Shown here piece after piece: positions 8,827 through 20,276 of a stretch of DNA of 64,000 bases. The stretch's first letter is position 1; each line of letters opens with the position of its first letter. The notes under the pieces are model-generated. The model ran no database searches. It had not been told where the DNA came from and worked only from the letters and a program-made list of their open reading frames with translations. Location of the stretch: the NCBI GenBank assembly GCA_963826785.1, contig CAWGYD010000004.1, positions 160,001 through 224,000 of the forward strand, written 5' to 3'. This DNA comes from an uncultured delta proteobacterium. GTDB lineage: Bacteria; Desulfobacterota; Desulfobacteria; Desulfobacterales; Desulfosalsimonadaceae. The translations under genes and the position numbers were made by a program.

Positions 8827-10686
8827 TCAGCTGTTAAAGGGGATAAACAGCCGGTAGACGCCGTATTCCAGGGTGGCCTTGACCTTGGCGTCGCCTTTTT
8901 CGAACACCCGCATCATTTCCTTGTTGGCGGGGAGTACGTCCGCGGTGAAGGCCTGGATGCCGCGCTCCTTGGCCAGGCGCATGAGCATTTTATAGGTGAA
9001 GGTGGCGATTCCCAGGCCCTGGTATTCTTCATCAACGACAAAGGCCACGTCCGCGTGCGGCCGTTTGGGGTCCTTGACATACCGGGCTTCGGAGACAATG
9101 TGCCCCGCTCCTGCATCCCCCACCAATCCCACGATGGACATGACCTTGCTGTAGTCCACGTTGACATACTCCTGCATCTTGGAATGGGGCATGGTCTTTA
9201 ACGGGGTGAAATACCGATAATACACGGATTCATCCGAGAACCGGTAGAACAGCCGGCGCATCTCCTCCTCGTCGGAGGGCTTGATGGCCCGGAAGCGGAT
9301 GGTCACGTCATTCTTGAATGTGTGCTTGGTGGCGATGTCCGACGGATACAGGTGGGCACTTTCGGCCATGAAGATCTGATCTTTGTAGATCATGTTGATG
9401 GCCTTTGCCTCTTCGATGAGCTTGGCCCGGTCCTCGGGATGGGCGATTTCGACCAGCGCCTGTGCCCGCTCCCGGATGGTGCGGCCGTTTAAGTTCGCCA
9501 CACCGTATTCGGTGACCACGAAATCCACCGATTCGCGGACGTTTAACTGGTTGGGGATGTCCTCGATGGAGACCAGGATGTTGGATTCCCCCTTCAGGTT
9601 CCGGCTGGGCAGCGCGAAAATGGTGCACCCGCCTTCGGAGATTTCCGCGCCGTTGACGAAATCGATGACCTCGGCGGGATCGGTGGTGACATTGTTCTTG
9701 CCGATGTGCAGGGCGATCCGGCCGGAAAGGTCCGCTTTGCGGATGTTCACGATGGCGGTAAACCGGTGGTTTCTTCCGATGCGCATGGGGTTGAAGACCT
9801 TTTCGATTCCCTGGAATTCCACCAGCGGATTGCTGCACAGCCAGTTGATCAGCTCCTGGGTCCCCATGGCGTAGGAGGTCAGGGATTTGCCGGGGAAATG
9901 CTCCTTGATCCGGTTGGTCACCGCCCCGCTGTTGATCAGGTCCATCAGCGCGTCGGTGAAAACCGGGCTGTGCACCCCCAGATCTTTTTTGGTCATGAGG
10001 TGTTTGGCCAGGGGCTCGAACAGCGGCCCGATGGAAAACATGATGCAGCTGCCGTCTTCGATGATGGAGGCCACGTTGGCGGCCACCCGGTCAAACACGG
10101 GGTCAATGGGCCAGCGGGGAAAATAAATGGGCTTTTCCGTGGATTTGACCAGGAAGTCGAACTCGTTGATGTTCACAAAGGTGTTGCCCATGGTCACCGG
10201 GATATCGGCGTTGATCTCGCCCACCACGATGGGGGCCTGCTTCATGGCCAGCCGGGCCACATCCACGGCCACCCCGAGGCTGCAGTATCCCAGCTGGTTG
10301 GGCGGGGTGATCTGGATAAAAGCGATGTCAAAGGGGATGCGGCCGTGCGCGATCAGCTGGGTCAGGCGGGAAAAGCGGCTGGGGATCAGGTCCACCCGGC
10401 CTTCCATGATGGCTTCCTTGGCCACCCACCCGGAAAAAAAGGTCTTCAAGCGGTACTTGTTGCTCTTGAGCTCCCGGGGGGAGATGACATCCCCGAAGCT
10501 CAGCAGCTGAAAAAGCTCCAGGTCCTGAAGATTGTCCGCGTCCGAGGCCATGAGGTGTTTAACCAGGGTCCTGGGCTCTGCCGCGCCGGTTCCGATGAAG
10601 ATGCTCATTCCGGGCTCGATTTTGCTGAGCACCTTTTCCGGCGAAACCACCCGGCTTTCCCAATCCATCTGAGTTTTCTCATTCAT
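8827..10686 (-). CDS. Acetyl-CoA hydrolase/CoA-transferase family protein fused to a C-terminal GNAT acetyltransferase
   Basis: GYCSLGVAVD, DFVNGA and VVTEYGVANL.G.TIRERAQALVEIAHP; C-terminal AFVVDEEYQGLGIAT. Confidence 0.88.
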   Translation of the reverse strand: MNEKTQMDWESRVVSPEKVLSKIEPGMSIFIGTGAAEPRTLVKHLMASDADNLQDLELFQLLSFGDVISPRELKSNKYRLKTFFSGWVAKEAIMEGRVDLIPSRFSRLTQLIAHGRIPFDIAFIQITPPNQLGYCSLGVAVDVARLAMKQAPIVVGEINADIPVTMGNTFVNINEFDFLVKSTEKPIYFPRWPIDPVFDRVAANVASIIEDGSCIMFSIGPLFEPLAKHLMTKKDLGVHSPVFTDALMDLINSGAVTNRIKEHFPGKSLTSYAMGTQELINWLCSNPLVEFQGIEKVFNPMRIGRNHRFTAIVNIRKADLSGRIALHIGKNNVTTDPAEVIDFVNGAEISEGGCTIFALPSRNLKGESNILVSIEDIPNQLNVRESVDFVVTEYGVANLNGRTIRERAQALVEIAHPEDRAKLIEEAKAINMIYKDQIFMAESAHLYPSDIATKHTFKNDVTIRFRAIKPSDEEEMRRLFYRFSDESVYYRYFTPLKTMPHSKMQEYVNVDYSKVMSIVGLVGDAGAGHIVSEARYVKDPKRPHADVAFVVDEEYQGLGIATFTYKMLMRLAKERGIQAFTADVLPANKEMMRVFEKGDAKVKATLEYGVYRLFIPFNS

Positions 10687-10849
10687 GATGTCAATTCCCG
10701 ATGATCTGTTAACCAGCCCATACGTCAAGAGGCCGGCGCCGGCTGTTGTCCTGCTTCCGATTTGCCGATAAAATGCTCATTTTCGGGCGCCCTTTACAAA
10801 TGCCGCCCGAATTTTATGGAACCGGGCATGCCTGCAGGCATCAAATGAA

Positions 10850-10880
10850 AATCCCCCTGCCCGTCACAGGCAAGGGGATT
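10850..10880 (-). terminator. Probable intrinsic terminator after the acyl-CoA ligase
   Basis: ATCCCCCTGCC...GGCAAGGGGAT hairpin 30 nt past the stop. Confidence 0.5.
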
Positions 10881-10909
10881 TGGTTGAACGGGGCATGCCT
10901 GGCGGGCAA

Positions 10910-12706
10910 TCAGTTCTTTGGGTACATGGAGTCGATCTTGTCCTTGTAGGCTTCCAGCGCCACATTTTTTTTCACCTTGAGCGTCGGGGTCAGCATTTTG
11001 TTCTCAATGGTGAATTCCGGGACGATGGTGACCTTCTTGATGGTCTCGAATTTGGCGAATTTTTTATTCTTTGCCGCCACTTCCGAGTCGATCAGCTTCT
11101 GGATCTCGTCATTGATCATGAGATCTTCCAGGCTGTTGAAGGAGATCCCTTTTTCCCGGGCATATTCGGGCACGTTGTCCGGATCCAGGGTGACCAGGGC
11201 GGAAAGGAACTTGCGCTTGTCCCCGATGACCAGGACCTGGTTGATGTACTTGGAGGTGGCGATGTGCCCTTCGATGGCCGACGGGGCGATGTTCTTGCCG
11301 CCTGCGGTGATGATGAGGTCCTTTTTCCGACCGGTGATCCGCAGGAAATTCTCGGAATCGATCTCGCCCAGGTCGCCGGTCCGCAGCCACCCGTCCGGCG
11401 TCATGGTTTTGGTGGTTTCTTCGGGCATCTTGTAATATTCCCGCATGACGTTGCGGCCACGGAACAGGATCTCGCCATCCTCGTCCAGCTTCTGCTCGAT
11501 CCCCGGGCCGGGAGGGCCGACCCAGCCGACGCGGTAGTTGTCGACCCGGTTGACGTTGGTGAAGGAGGTGTTTTCCGTCATGCCGAGGCCTTCTAAGACG
11601 ATGACGTCCGCGCCGATGAAGAACTTCGCGATGGACGGGTCCAGGGGCGCCGCACCGCTGATGCAGAAGCGCAGGCGTCCGCCCAGGGCCGCGTGCAGCT
11701 TTGAGAAGACCAGCTTGGAGGCGATCTTGTGCTTGAAGGCCAGCATGGCGGGGATCGATTCCTTGTTCAGGCGGCAGTCCGCCACCTTGTCGCCCACGTC
11801 CACGGCCCATTTGAAAATCTTCAAGGCCACGCCGCCCTTGGCTTCCGCGCCGCTGACCACCTTGGAGTACACTTTTTCGTAAATCCGCGGAACGCTGGGG
11901 AACCAGTGGGGTTTTGCGATCTTCAGGTCGTCCACGATGGTGTCCATGCTGCGGGCGAAGTTCACCGTGGCGCCCAGGAGCAGGGTGGCGTAAACCAGGG
12001 TCCGGGCGAAAATGTGCGCTAAGGGCAGAAAGAGGAAGCTTTCGTCCCCGGCCCGGACATCCGCGCATCCTTCCACCGACTGGGCGGTGAAGGTGATGTT
12101 GTCGTGGGTGATGACCGCGCCCTTGGGCACGCCGGTCGTTCCGGAAGTGTAGACGATGGTGGCGATGTCCTCCGGGGTGACCGTCTTGATCCGCTGCTGC
12201 AGATCTTTTTCCGTTATCTTTTTCCCCAGCTTGAGGAATTCATCGAAGCTGATGATCCAGTCGTCGTTTTGGGATGCGCCTTCGAAGAGGATTACCTTGC
12301 GGATATTGGGAATTTCGTCTCGGATTTGCAGGAGCTTGTCCAACTGGGCCTGATCCTGTGCAAAAATCACCACGGAATCGGAATGATTGATGATGTACTT
12401 GCAGTCTTCCGGCAGGTTGGACTGGTAGATGCCCACGGTGGCAGCCCCGATGGTGGCATTGGCCATATCACACAGCACCCACTTGTAGCAGGTATAGCTG
12501 AGGATGATCACCTTGTCCCCTTTTTGAACATCCAGAGCCATGAGGCTTTTTCCGACCTGCTTCAACTGGTCGTAATACTCCGCCCAGGTAACCGATTCGG
12601 AAGTCCCCTCTGAATCCAGAAACCAGCGGTATGCCGTCGTGTCCGAATGGGCATCGATGGTCTTTTTCAGCATCTGGTGGACGTTCTGGTAATCTATGAT
12701 GCGCAT
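10910..12706 (-). CDS. Long-chain fatty acid--CoA ligase
   Basis: YTSGTTGVPKG, GLGMTE, GWLRTGDLG, GRKKDLIITAGGKN and LTPTLKVK; GGAGG RBS before ATG at 12706. Confidence 0.92.
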   Translation of the reverse strand: MRIIDYQNVHQMLKKTIDAHSDTTAYRWFLDSEGTSESVTWAEYYDQLKQVGKSLMALDVQKGDKVIILSYTCYKWVLCDMANATIGAATVGIYQSNLPEDCKYIINHSDSVVIFAQDQAQLDKLLQIRDEIPNIRKVILFEGASQNDDWIISFDEFLKLGKKITEKDLQQRIKTVTPEDIATIVYTSGTTGVPKGAVITHDNITFTAQSVEGCADVRAGDESFLFLPLAHIFARTLVYATLLLGATVNFARSMDTIVDDLKIAKPHWFPSVPRIYEKVYSKVVSGAEAKGGVALKIFKWAVDVGDKVADCRLNKESIPAMLAFKHKIASKLVFSKLHAALGGRLRFCISGAAPLDPSIAKFFIGADVIVLEGLGMTENTSFTNVNRVDNYRVGWVGPPGPGIEQKLDEDGEILFRGRNVMREYYKMPEETTKTMTPDGWLRTGDLGEIDSENFLRITGRKKDLIITAGGKNIAPSAIEGHIATSKYINQVLVIGDKRKFLSALVTLDPDNVPEYAREKGISFNSLEDLMINDEIQKLIDSEVAAKNKKFAKFETIKKVTIVPEFTIENKMLTPTLKVKKNVALEAYKDKIDSMYPKN

Positions 12707-13017
12707 TGCTGCCTCCCCTCCTTTGAATGATGAGATCGGAAAATTTTTCCCGGTTGCAATTTTTTTTGGGAATCGTCCGATCCCCAAAACCTGTAAAATC
12801 GTATTTATCGAATCCGGACTGGGATATTTTTAATCGGATATCTTTAATTGGATGCAACTACATTCCAAGGTCTGGCCGCAAGCCGTGAAACGGCTCGCCG
12901 GAGCCTGTGCCAAAGCATGAGTTTAATTGACATAAGTTAGGAGAGGCGGGTGATAATGTCAAGTATTTTCGGGTTTTGTCGCAATTTGAAGGATTTGGTA
13001 ATTATTGTGAGCTGATT

Positions 13018-13872
13018 CTATTCGAAGAGAATTCCGGTGTATCCGACAAAAGTATCCCCCGGATTCTCCTCGAAACTGGAGTGGTATCCGACCAGATGCG
13101 CCTTCGCCGCCCCCATGGCGCCGGCTGCGGATATGGCGGCAGCTGCAGCGCCTGCACAGCAGGCGTTGTGACGGGACAGCCCCTCACGGATGGTTTCCGC
13201 CGGCTTCATGTCGACCATGAGGTCGATGATCCTGCGGTCATTTTCATCCCGGACCCATTCATAGGCCTTCCGGCCGGACCCGGCCGGGGTCATGCCGAAG
13301 CTGGGACCGTAGTGAGTGAGGTCGGTGGAGCCGATGACCTTGATGGCGATATTCGATTCTTTGGCGATTTCGATGACGCGCCGGGCCATCTGCAGCGTCT
13401 CATCCATGGGAGGTGCCCCTATGGGCAGAAGACGGGCCGATTTAAAGAAGTATTTAATAAAGGGAAGCTGCAGTTCGATGGTGTTGTCGGGGGTAAACCG
13501 GCTGGCGGTTTCGATGGTGAACGTATATTCTTTTGCAATTTGTCCCGATATCTCCCGGTCGATCTCGAGGTCGCCGAAGGGCGTCTCCCAGGCGCCGTCT
13601 GTCATGATATAGCCGGAGCGCTGGGGCGGCAGGTGCATGCCGAAAATAACCACCACATCCGGATCGGCACCGTCTTTCAGGGCATGGATGACATTGCAGG
13701 CCAGGCTTCCGGAAAACTGCCATCCGGCGTGGGGCACCAGCCCGGCCGCGTAGGTTTTAGACAGGTCCGGCTGAAACCGGGTGTCTTTTAGGAACCGGGT
13801 GATCTGCCGCTCGCATTCCGCCGCCCCTGAAGGATACCAGGAACCGGCATATACGGCCCTTCGGGTGTTCAT
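13018..13872 (-). CDS. amrB: AmmeMemoRadiSam system protein B (MEMO1 family)
   Basis: RRAVYAGSWYP, LVPHAGW.FSG, WETPFG, IELQLPF and STDLTHYG. Confidence 0.88.
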   Translation of the reverse strand: MNTRRAVYAGSWYPSGAAECERQITRFLKDTRFQPDLSKTYAAGLVPHAGWQFSGSLACNVIHALKDGADPDVVVIFGMHLPPQRSGYIMTDGAWETPFGDLEIDREISGQIAKEYTFTIETASRFTPDNTIELQLPFIKYFFKSARLLPIGAPPMDETLQMARRVIEIAKESNIAIKVIGSTDLTHYGPSFGMTPAGSGRKAYEWVRDENDRRIIDLMVDMKPAETIREGLSRHNACCAGAAAAAISAAGAMGAAKAHLVGYHSSFEENPGDTFVGYTGILFE

Positions 13873-14021
13873 GGTCGCCTCCCTGTTTTTATTTGTCTAT
13901 AGATCAGGTTAACCCCGGATCTGATAATTGACAATCCACAATTGACATTGGCCATTCACAATTGGGGTTAAATGGCTAATGATTGTCTATTTTGATGAGC
14001 CGGTAAAAGCATTCTACTTTT

Positions 14022-14054
14022 ATTCCCCCCTGCGAGGGGGACCAAGGGGGGTGT
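14022..14054. repeat. Solo copy of the end unit of the 45-bp array
   Basis: ATTCCCCCCTGCGAGGGGGACCAAGGGGGGTGT compared with ATCCCCCCTTGAGGGGGGAATTAAAGGGGGGTGT at 8748-8781. Confidence 0.7.
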
Positions 14055-14146
14055 ACGGCCCTGCGAAAACAAAAAATGAAATTCGAGTTAAGTTTTCCAG
14101 CCTGCTGCAAAGACCCACAAGGGTAACCGGTGTGTTCATCCACCAA

Positions 14147-15328
14147 CTATTTATACCGTTCCATCGCCCGCTTGAATCCGGGAAGTGCGCCGGTGATGGT
14201 GGCATCGTCCACGCAGAAGGCCAGCCGGAAGTGGCCGGGGCCGCCGAATCCGGAACCGGGCACCGCCAGGATCAGCTCATCCTGCAGGGCCCGGACGAAT
14301 TGAACATCGTCTTTGAGCGGCGTTTTGGGAAAAAGATAGAAGGCCCCTGCCGGTGTGACGAATTCGTATCCGGCTTCCCTGAGCCCGTCGCAGAGCAGGT
14401 CGCGTTTCTTTGCATATTCAGAAATATCCACACTGATCCCCTGGAGCGCGCCAACGGCCCGCTGCATCAGGGCGGGGGCATTGACAAATCCGAGTATCCG
14501 GTTGGCCAGCCCCATCCCGCCCATCAGGTCGGTCTTGTGGGTGGCCGCCGGATTGACCGCGATAAACCCGATCCGCTCCCCGGGAATGGACAGGTCCTTG
14601 GAGTAAGATGTGGCCACCAGTGTTTCCGGGTAGCAGGAGAAGATGCTCGGCACGGCGACGCCGTCATAGACGATCTTGCGGTAGGGCTCGTCGGATATCA
14701 GGTAAATGGTCGTTGACAGTTGCCTGCTCTTGCGGGTCAGCAGCGCCCCCAGCTGCTCCAGCCGCTGCTTTGAATAGATCCGGCCGGTGGGATTGTTGGG
14801 CGAGTTGATCAGCACGGCCCGGGTTTTTTCGTTGATGGCCGCTTCGATGGTTTCAAGGTCAAGATCGAAATCCGGCCGGCTGGAGACCGTGATGAGCCGG
14901 CCCCCGTGATTGTCCGCATAGAACATGTATTCCACAAAATAGGGAACCGGCGTGATGACTTCCTCCCCCGGGTTCAGCAGCGTCTTTAAGATGACATTGA
15001 GCCCGCCGGCCGCGCCGCAGGTCATGATCACCTCGTTTTCGGTCACCTCCACCTGCTGCTCGCCGGAAAGGTATCCGGCCACTGACTTTCTTACGTCCGG
15101 ATATCCGATATTGGGCATGTAGGCGTGGTCGCCGGGGTGTTCGTCATTTACCAGTTCAAGAAGTTTTAGTTTGAAGGTCTCCGGGGGGGCGATATTGGGA
15201 TTGCCCAGGGAAAAATCATAGACGTTTTCCGGGCCATGGATCGATCTCAGGCGGGCGCCTTCCTCGAACATTTTCCGGATCCAGGAGGCCCGGCTGATAA
15301 AGGATTCCATCTGTTTTGCAATCGTCAT
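14147..15328 (-). CDS. PLP-dependent class I/II aminotransferase (aspartate aminotransferase-like)
   Basis: SWIRKMFEEG, NSPNNPTG, SDEPY and SYSKDLSIPGERIG. Confidence 0.92.
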   Translation of the reverse strand: MTIAKQMESFISRASWIRKMFEEGARLRSIHGPENVYDFSLGNPNIAPPETFKLKLLELVNDEHPGDHAYMPNIGYPDVRKSVAGYLSGEQQVEVTENEVIMTCGAAGGLNVILKTLLNPGEEVITPVPYFVEYMFYADNHGGRLITVSSRPDFDLDLETIEAAINEKTRAVLINSPNNPTGRIYSKQRLEQLGALLTRKSRQLSTTIYLISDEPYRKIVYDGVAVPSIFSCYPETLVATSYSKDLSIPGERIGFIAVNPAATHKTDLMGGMGLANRILGFVNAPALMQRAVGALQGISVDISEYAKKRDLLCDGLREAGYEFVTPAGAFYLFPKTPLKDDVQFVRALQDELILAVPGSGFGGPGHFRLAFCVDDATITGALPGFKRAMERYK

Positions 15329-15372
15329 TTCGCCTCCATGATTTGTGCGTTGGTCAACATTTCCTTTAGGTA

Positions 15373-15594
15373 CTATTTTGCGGCCTCGACAGACTTGATC
15401 TCCGGAATCTCCTGTTTGATGAGCCGCTCGATCCCGTTTTTAAGCGTCATCTGGGACATGGGGCATCCCGCGCACGCCCCCTTGAGGCGCACGGTTACGA
15501 TGCCGTCTTTCACTTCCAGCAGTTCCACATCACCGCCGTCGGCTTTCAGAGAAGGGCGAATCTTATCGATCACTTTTTGAACTTTTTCTTTCAT
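15373..15594 (-). CDS. NifU/NfuA C-terminal domain Fe-S carrier protein
   Basis: IRPSLKADGGDVEL...GACAGCPMSQMTLKNGIE. Confidence 0.92.
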   Translation of the reverse strand: MKEKVQKVIDKIRPSLKADGGDVELLEVKDGIVTVRLKGACAGCPMSQMTLKNGIERLIKQEIPEIKSVEAAK

Positions 15595-15728
15595 GGTGTC
15601 TCCTTTCGTTTTCGCGCAGAGAAGCGCCGGATGAACCCCGAATGGTTCGTAGACAAAAAATTATGTCTGGCTGCGGACGACCTTGTTAGAATATTCGCAT
15701 TCGTCCGCATTCGTCAATATCAGGCGCT

Positions 15729-17947
<2,219 letters not shown>

Positions 17948-18047
17948 GTATGGCGCAGCACGTTATCTGTAACCAAGTTCAAAGGGGCATCCGCGCATGA
18001 AGGTGAATGCGCGCAATGGATAGGTCGATATTTACGTAATCCCGGTG

Positions 18048-18233
18048 TCAAAGGTTTCCGAGATAGGTCAGCAGCAGTCCGGTGACCATCAGGGCAAAGC
18101 CGAATTTCCGAAGGGCATTATCGGGCATCTGCAGCACGATCCGCATCATTTTTTTGACCTGCTCGGGCAGGCCGAAGTAGGGCAGCCCCTCGATAATCAG
18201 GACCATTCCAAGGACGCTTAAGAAAAATTTCAT
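18048..18233 (-). CDS. DUF2065 family small membrane protein
   Basis: LGMVLIIEGLPYF..P...LRKFG. Confidence 0.85.
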   Translation of the reverse strand: MKFFLSVLGMVLIIEGLPYFGLPEQVKKMMRIVLQMPDNALRKFGFALMVTGLLLTYLGNL

Positions 18234-18340
18234 TGATCACAAGCCCCTGTTCTGTGTTAAAAGAGCCAATATATTTGCATTTAAAATATTGTCAAAATAA
18301 AATACAGCTTTTTTGCGAATAAGAAGAAGGGTGGGAAACA

Positions 18341-19771
18341 ATGGAATTTGAACCGGTCATCGGCCTTGAAGTCCACGCACAGCTGAAAACCGATACCAAG
18401 ATTTTCTGCGGATGCTCCACCGCTTTCGGGGCCGCGCCCAATACACAGGTCTGCCCCATATGCCTGGGAATGCCCGGGGTGCTGCCGGTGCTCAACAAGA
18501 AAGTGGTGGAATACGCCATGCGCATGGCGCTGGCCACCCGCTGCACCATTTCGCAGCAAAGCCGGTTTGCCCGAAAGAATTATTTCTATCCGGACCTGCC
18601 CAAGGGATACCAGATCTCCCAGTACGAACTCCCCATTGCCGAAAGCGGGTATGTGGAAATCACGCTGGCTGACGGGACCGCCAAGCACATCGGCATCACC
18701 CGGATCCATATGGAGGAAGATGCGGGCAAGCTGATCCATGATCCGGACCGGCCCCGGAGCCTGGTGGATCTAAACCGCACCGGCACGCCGCTGATCGAGA
18801 TCGTGTCCGAACCGGACCTCCGATCGCCGGAAGAAGCCGGGGCCTACCTGCGGCACCTGCGCTCCATCCTGCGGTACCTGGGCATCAGCGACGGCAACAT
18901 GGAGGAGGGCAGTTTCCGGTGCGACGCCAACGTGTCCATCCGGCCCGCCGGCTCCCAGACCCTGGGCACCCGGGCGGAGTTGAAGAATCTAAATTCTTTC
19001 AAATTCGTCGAAAGTGCCCTCGCCTATGAAATCAAGCGGCAGAAGGGAGTGCTGGCCGATGGCGGCAAGGTGGTGCAGGAAACCCGGCTGTGGGATTCGG
19101 CCAAAGGGCGGACCACTTCCATGCGGGGAAAAGAAGAAGCCCACGATTATCGCTATTTTCCCGACCCGGACCTGGTGCCCCTGGTGATCGATCCGCAATG
19201 GATTGAAAATGTCCGAGCCGATCTGCCCGAGCTTCCCGATGACCGCAAGAACCGGTTTGCGTCAGATTACGGTTTGCCGGAGTATGACGCCGATGTTCTG
19301 ACCGCCTCCCGGGAACTGGCCGATTATTTCGAGGCATGCGCCAAAATGGTCAAAACCCCCAAGACCGCGGCCAACTGGATCATGGGGGATCTGATGGGCG
19401 TGCTCAACGCCTCCGGGTTGACCATCGAAGACAGCCCCATTCCGGCGGAGCGGCTGGCGGAGCTGATTTTACTGATTGAAGCCGATACCATCAGCGGCAA
19501 GATCGCAAAGGCCGTCTTCGAGGAGATGGTCGACACCGGAAAGCCGGCCGGAAAGATCGTTTCTGAAAAAGGGCTGGTCCAGGTCACGGACATGAGCGCC
19601 ATCGAGGCGGTGGTGGACAAGGTGCTGGCCGACAACCCGGATGAGGTGGAAAATTACCGGGCCGGCAAAAAGAAGCTGATGGGCTTTTTTGTGGGGCAGG
19701 TGATGAAGGAAACTAAAGGAAAAGCCAACCCGCAGATGGTCAATCAGCTGCTGGGCAAAAAGCTGGGCTGA
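18341..19771 (+). CDS. gatB: Asp/Glu-tRNA amidotransferase subunit B
   Basis: [34 protein letters not shown] and YRYFPDPDL. Confidence 0.98.
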   Translation: MEFEPVIGLEVHAQLKTDTKIFCGCSTAFGAAPNTQVCPICLGMPGVLPVLNKKVVEYAMRMALATRCTISQQSRFARKNYFYPDLPKGYQISQYELPIAESGYVEITLADGTAKHIGITRIHMEEDAGKLIHDPDRPRSLVDLNRTGTPLIEIVSEPDLRSPEEAGAYLRHLRSILRYLGISDGNMEEGSFRCDANVSIRPAGSQTLGTRAELKNLNSFKFVESALAYEIKRQKGVLADGGKVVQETRLWDSAKGRTTSMRGKEEAHDYRYFPDPDLVPLVIDPQWIENVRADLPELPDDRKNRFASDYGLPEYDADVLTASRELADYFEACAKMVKTPKTAANWIMGDLMGVLNASGLTIEDSPIPAERLAELILLIEADTISGKIAKAVFEEMVDTGKPAGKIVSEKGLVQVTDMSAIEAVVDKVLADNPDEVENYRAGKKKLMGFFVGQVMKETKGKANPQMVNQLLGKKLG

Positions 19772-19898
19772 TTTTTCCGGGCAAGTCTTTGTTGTAAGTC
19801 GCCAATGATGCCCTTTATCGTGCCATCCGGTTTGCAAGACGGAGCACGTGCTCGTGAATATACACGAAATAAGGCTCGGGATTGTTTGAAAGCGAGGC

Positions 19899-20080
19899 GA
19901 CCGGCCTGTGGGCTTCTCCCGCTCACTGTTCATCATTTTGATGCTTCTAAGACTCGCTGCGCTGCATCCTGGAAACTCGCCTTCGGCTCAAACAGTCCAG
20001 GATGCGGCCGCTTTGCTTCGTCAAGAAGCATTCGCAAAATAATGAAGCAATGTTCGCCGGGAGAAACCCACAGGCCGGTC
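19899..20080. repeat. ~180-nt nested inverted-repeat element (MITE-like or structured RNA)
   Basis: GACCGGCCTGTGGG/CCCACAGGCCGGTC outer arms; TTCATCATTTTG/CAAAATAATGAA and TGCTTCT/AGAAGCA middle arms; GCATCCTGGA/TCCAGGATGC inner arms. Confidence 0.7.
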
Positions 20081-20233
20081 TTAGGCCGTGCAAATTCGCT
20101 GTTGCCTAAAACGCCGGCAGACCACCTGACAGCCCTGACCGGATTCCCCGGCCGCCCGGCAGGATGTGGCCAGGGGTTCTGGAAGCGAATTTTATATTTT
20201 GCGGCTCTGCTGACTGCTGACTCCTGACTGCAA

Positions 20234-20266
20234 TGCATCCGCAGGCTGAAACAGCCTGCGGATGCA
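20234..20266. terminator. Perfect 15-bp-stem hairpin between convergent gatB and acylase genes
   Basis: TGCATCCGCAGGCTG-AAA-CAGCCTGCGGATGCA. Confidence 0.7.
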
Positions 20267-20276
20267 CACATCAAAA

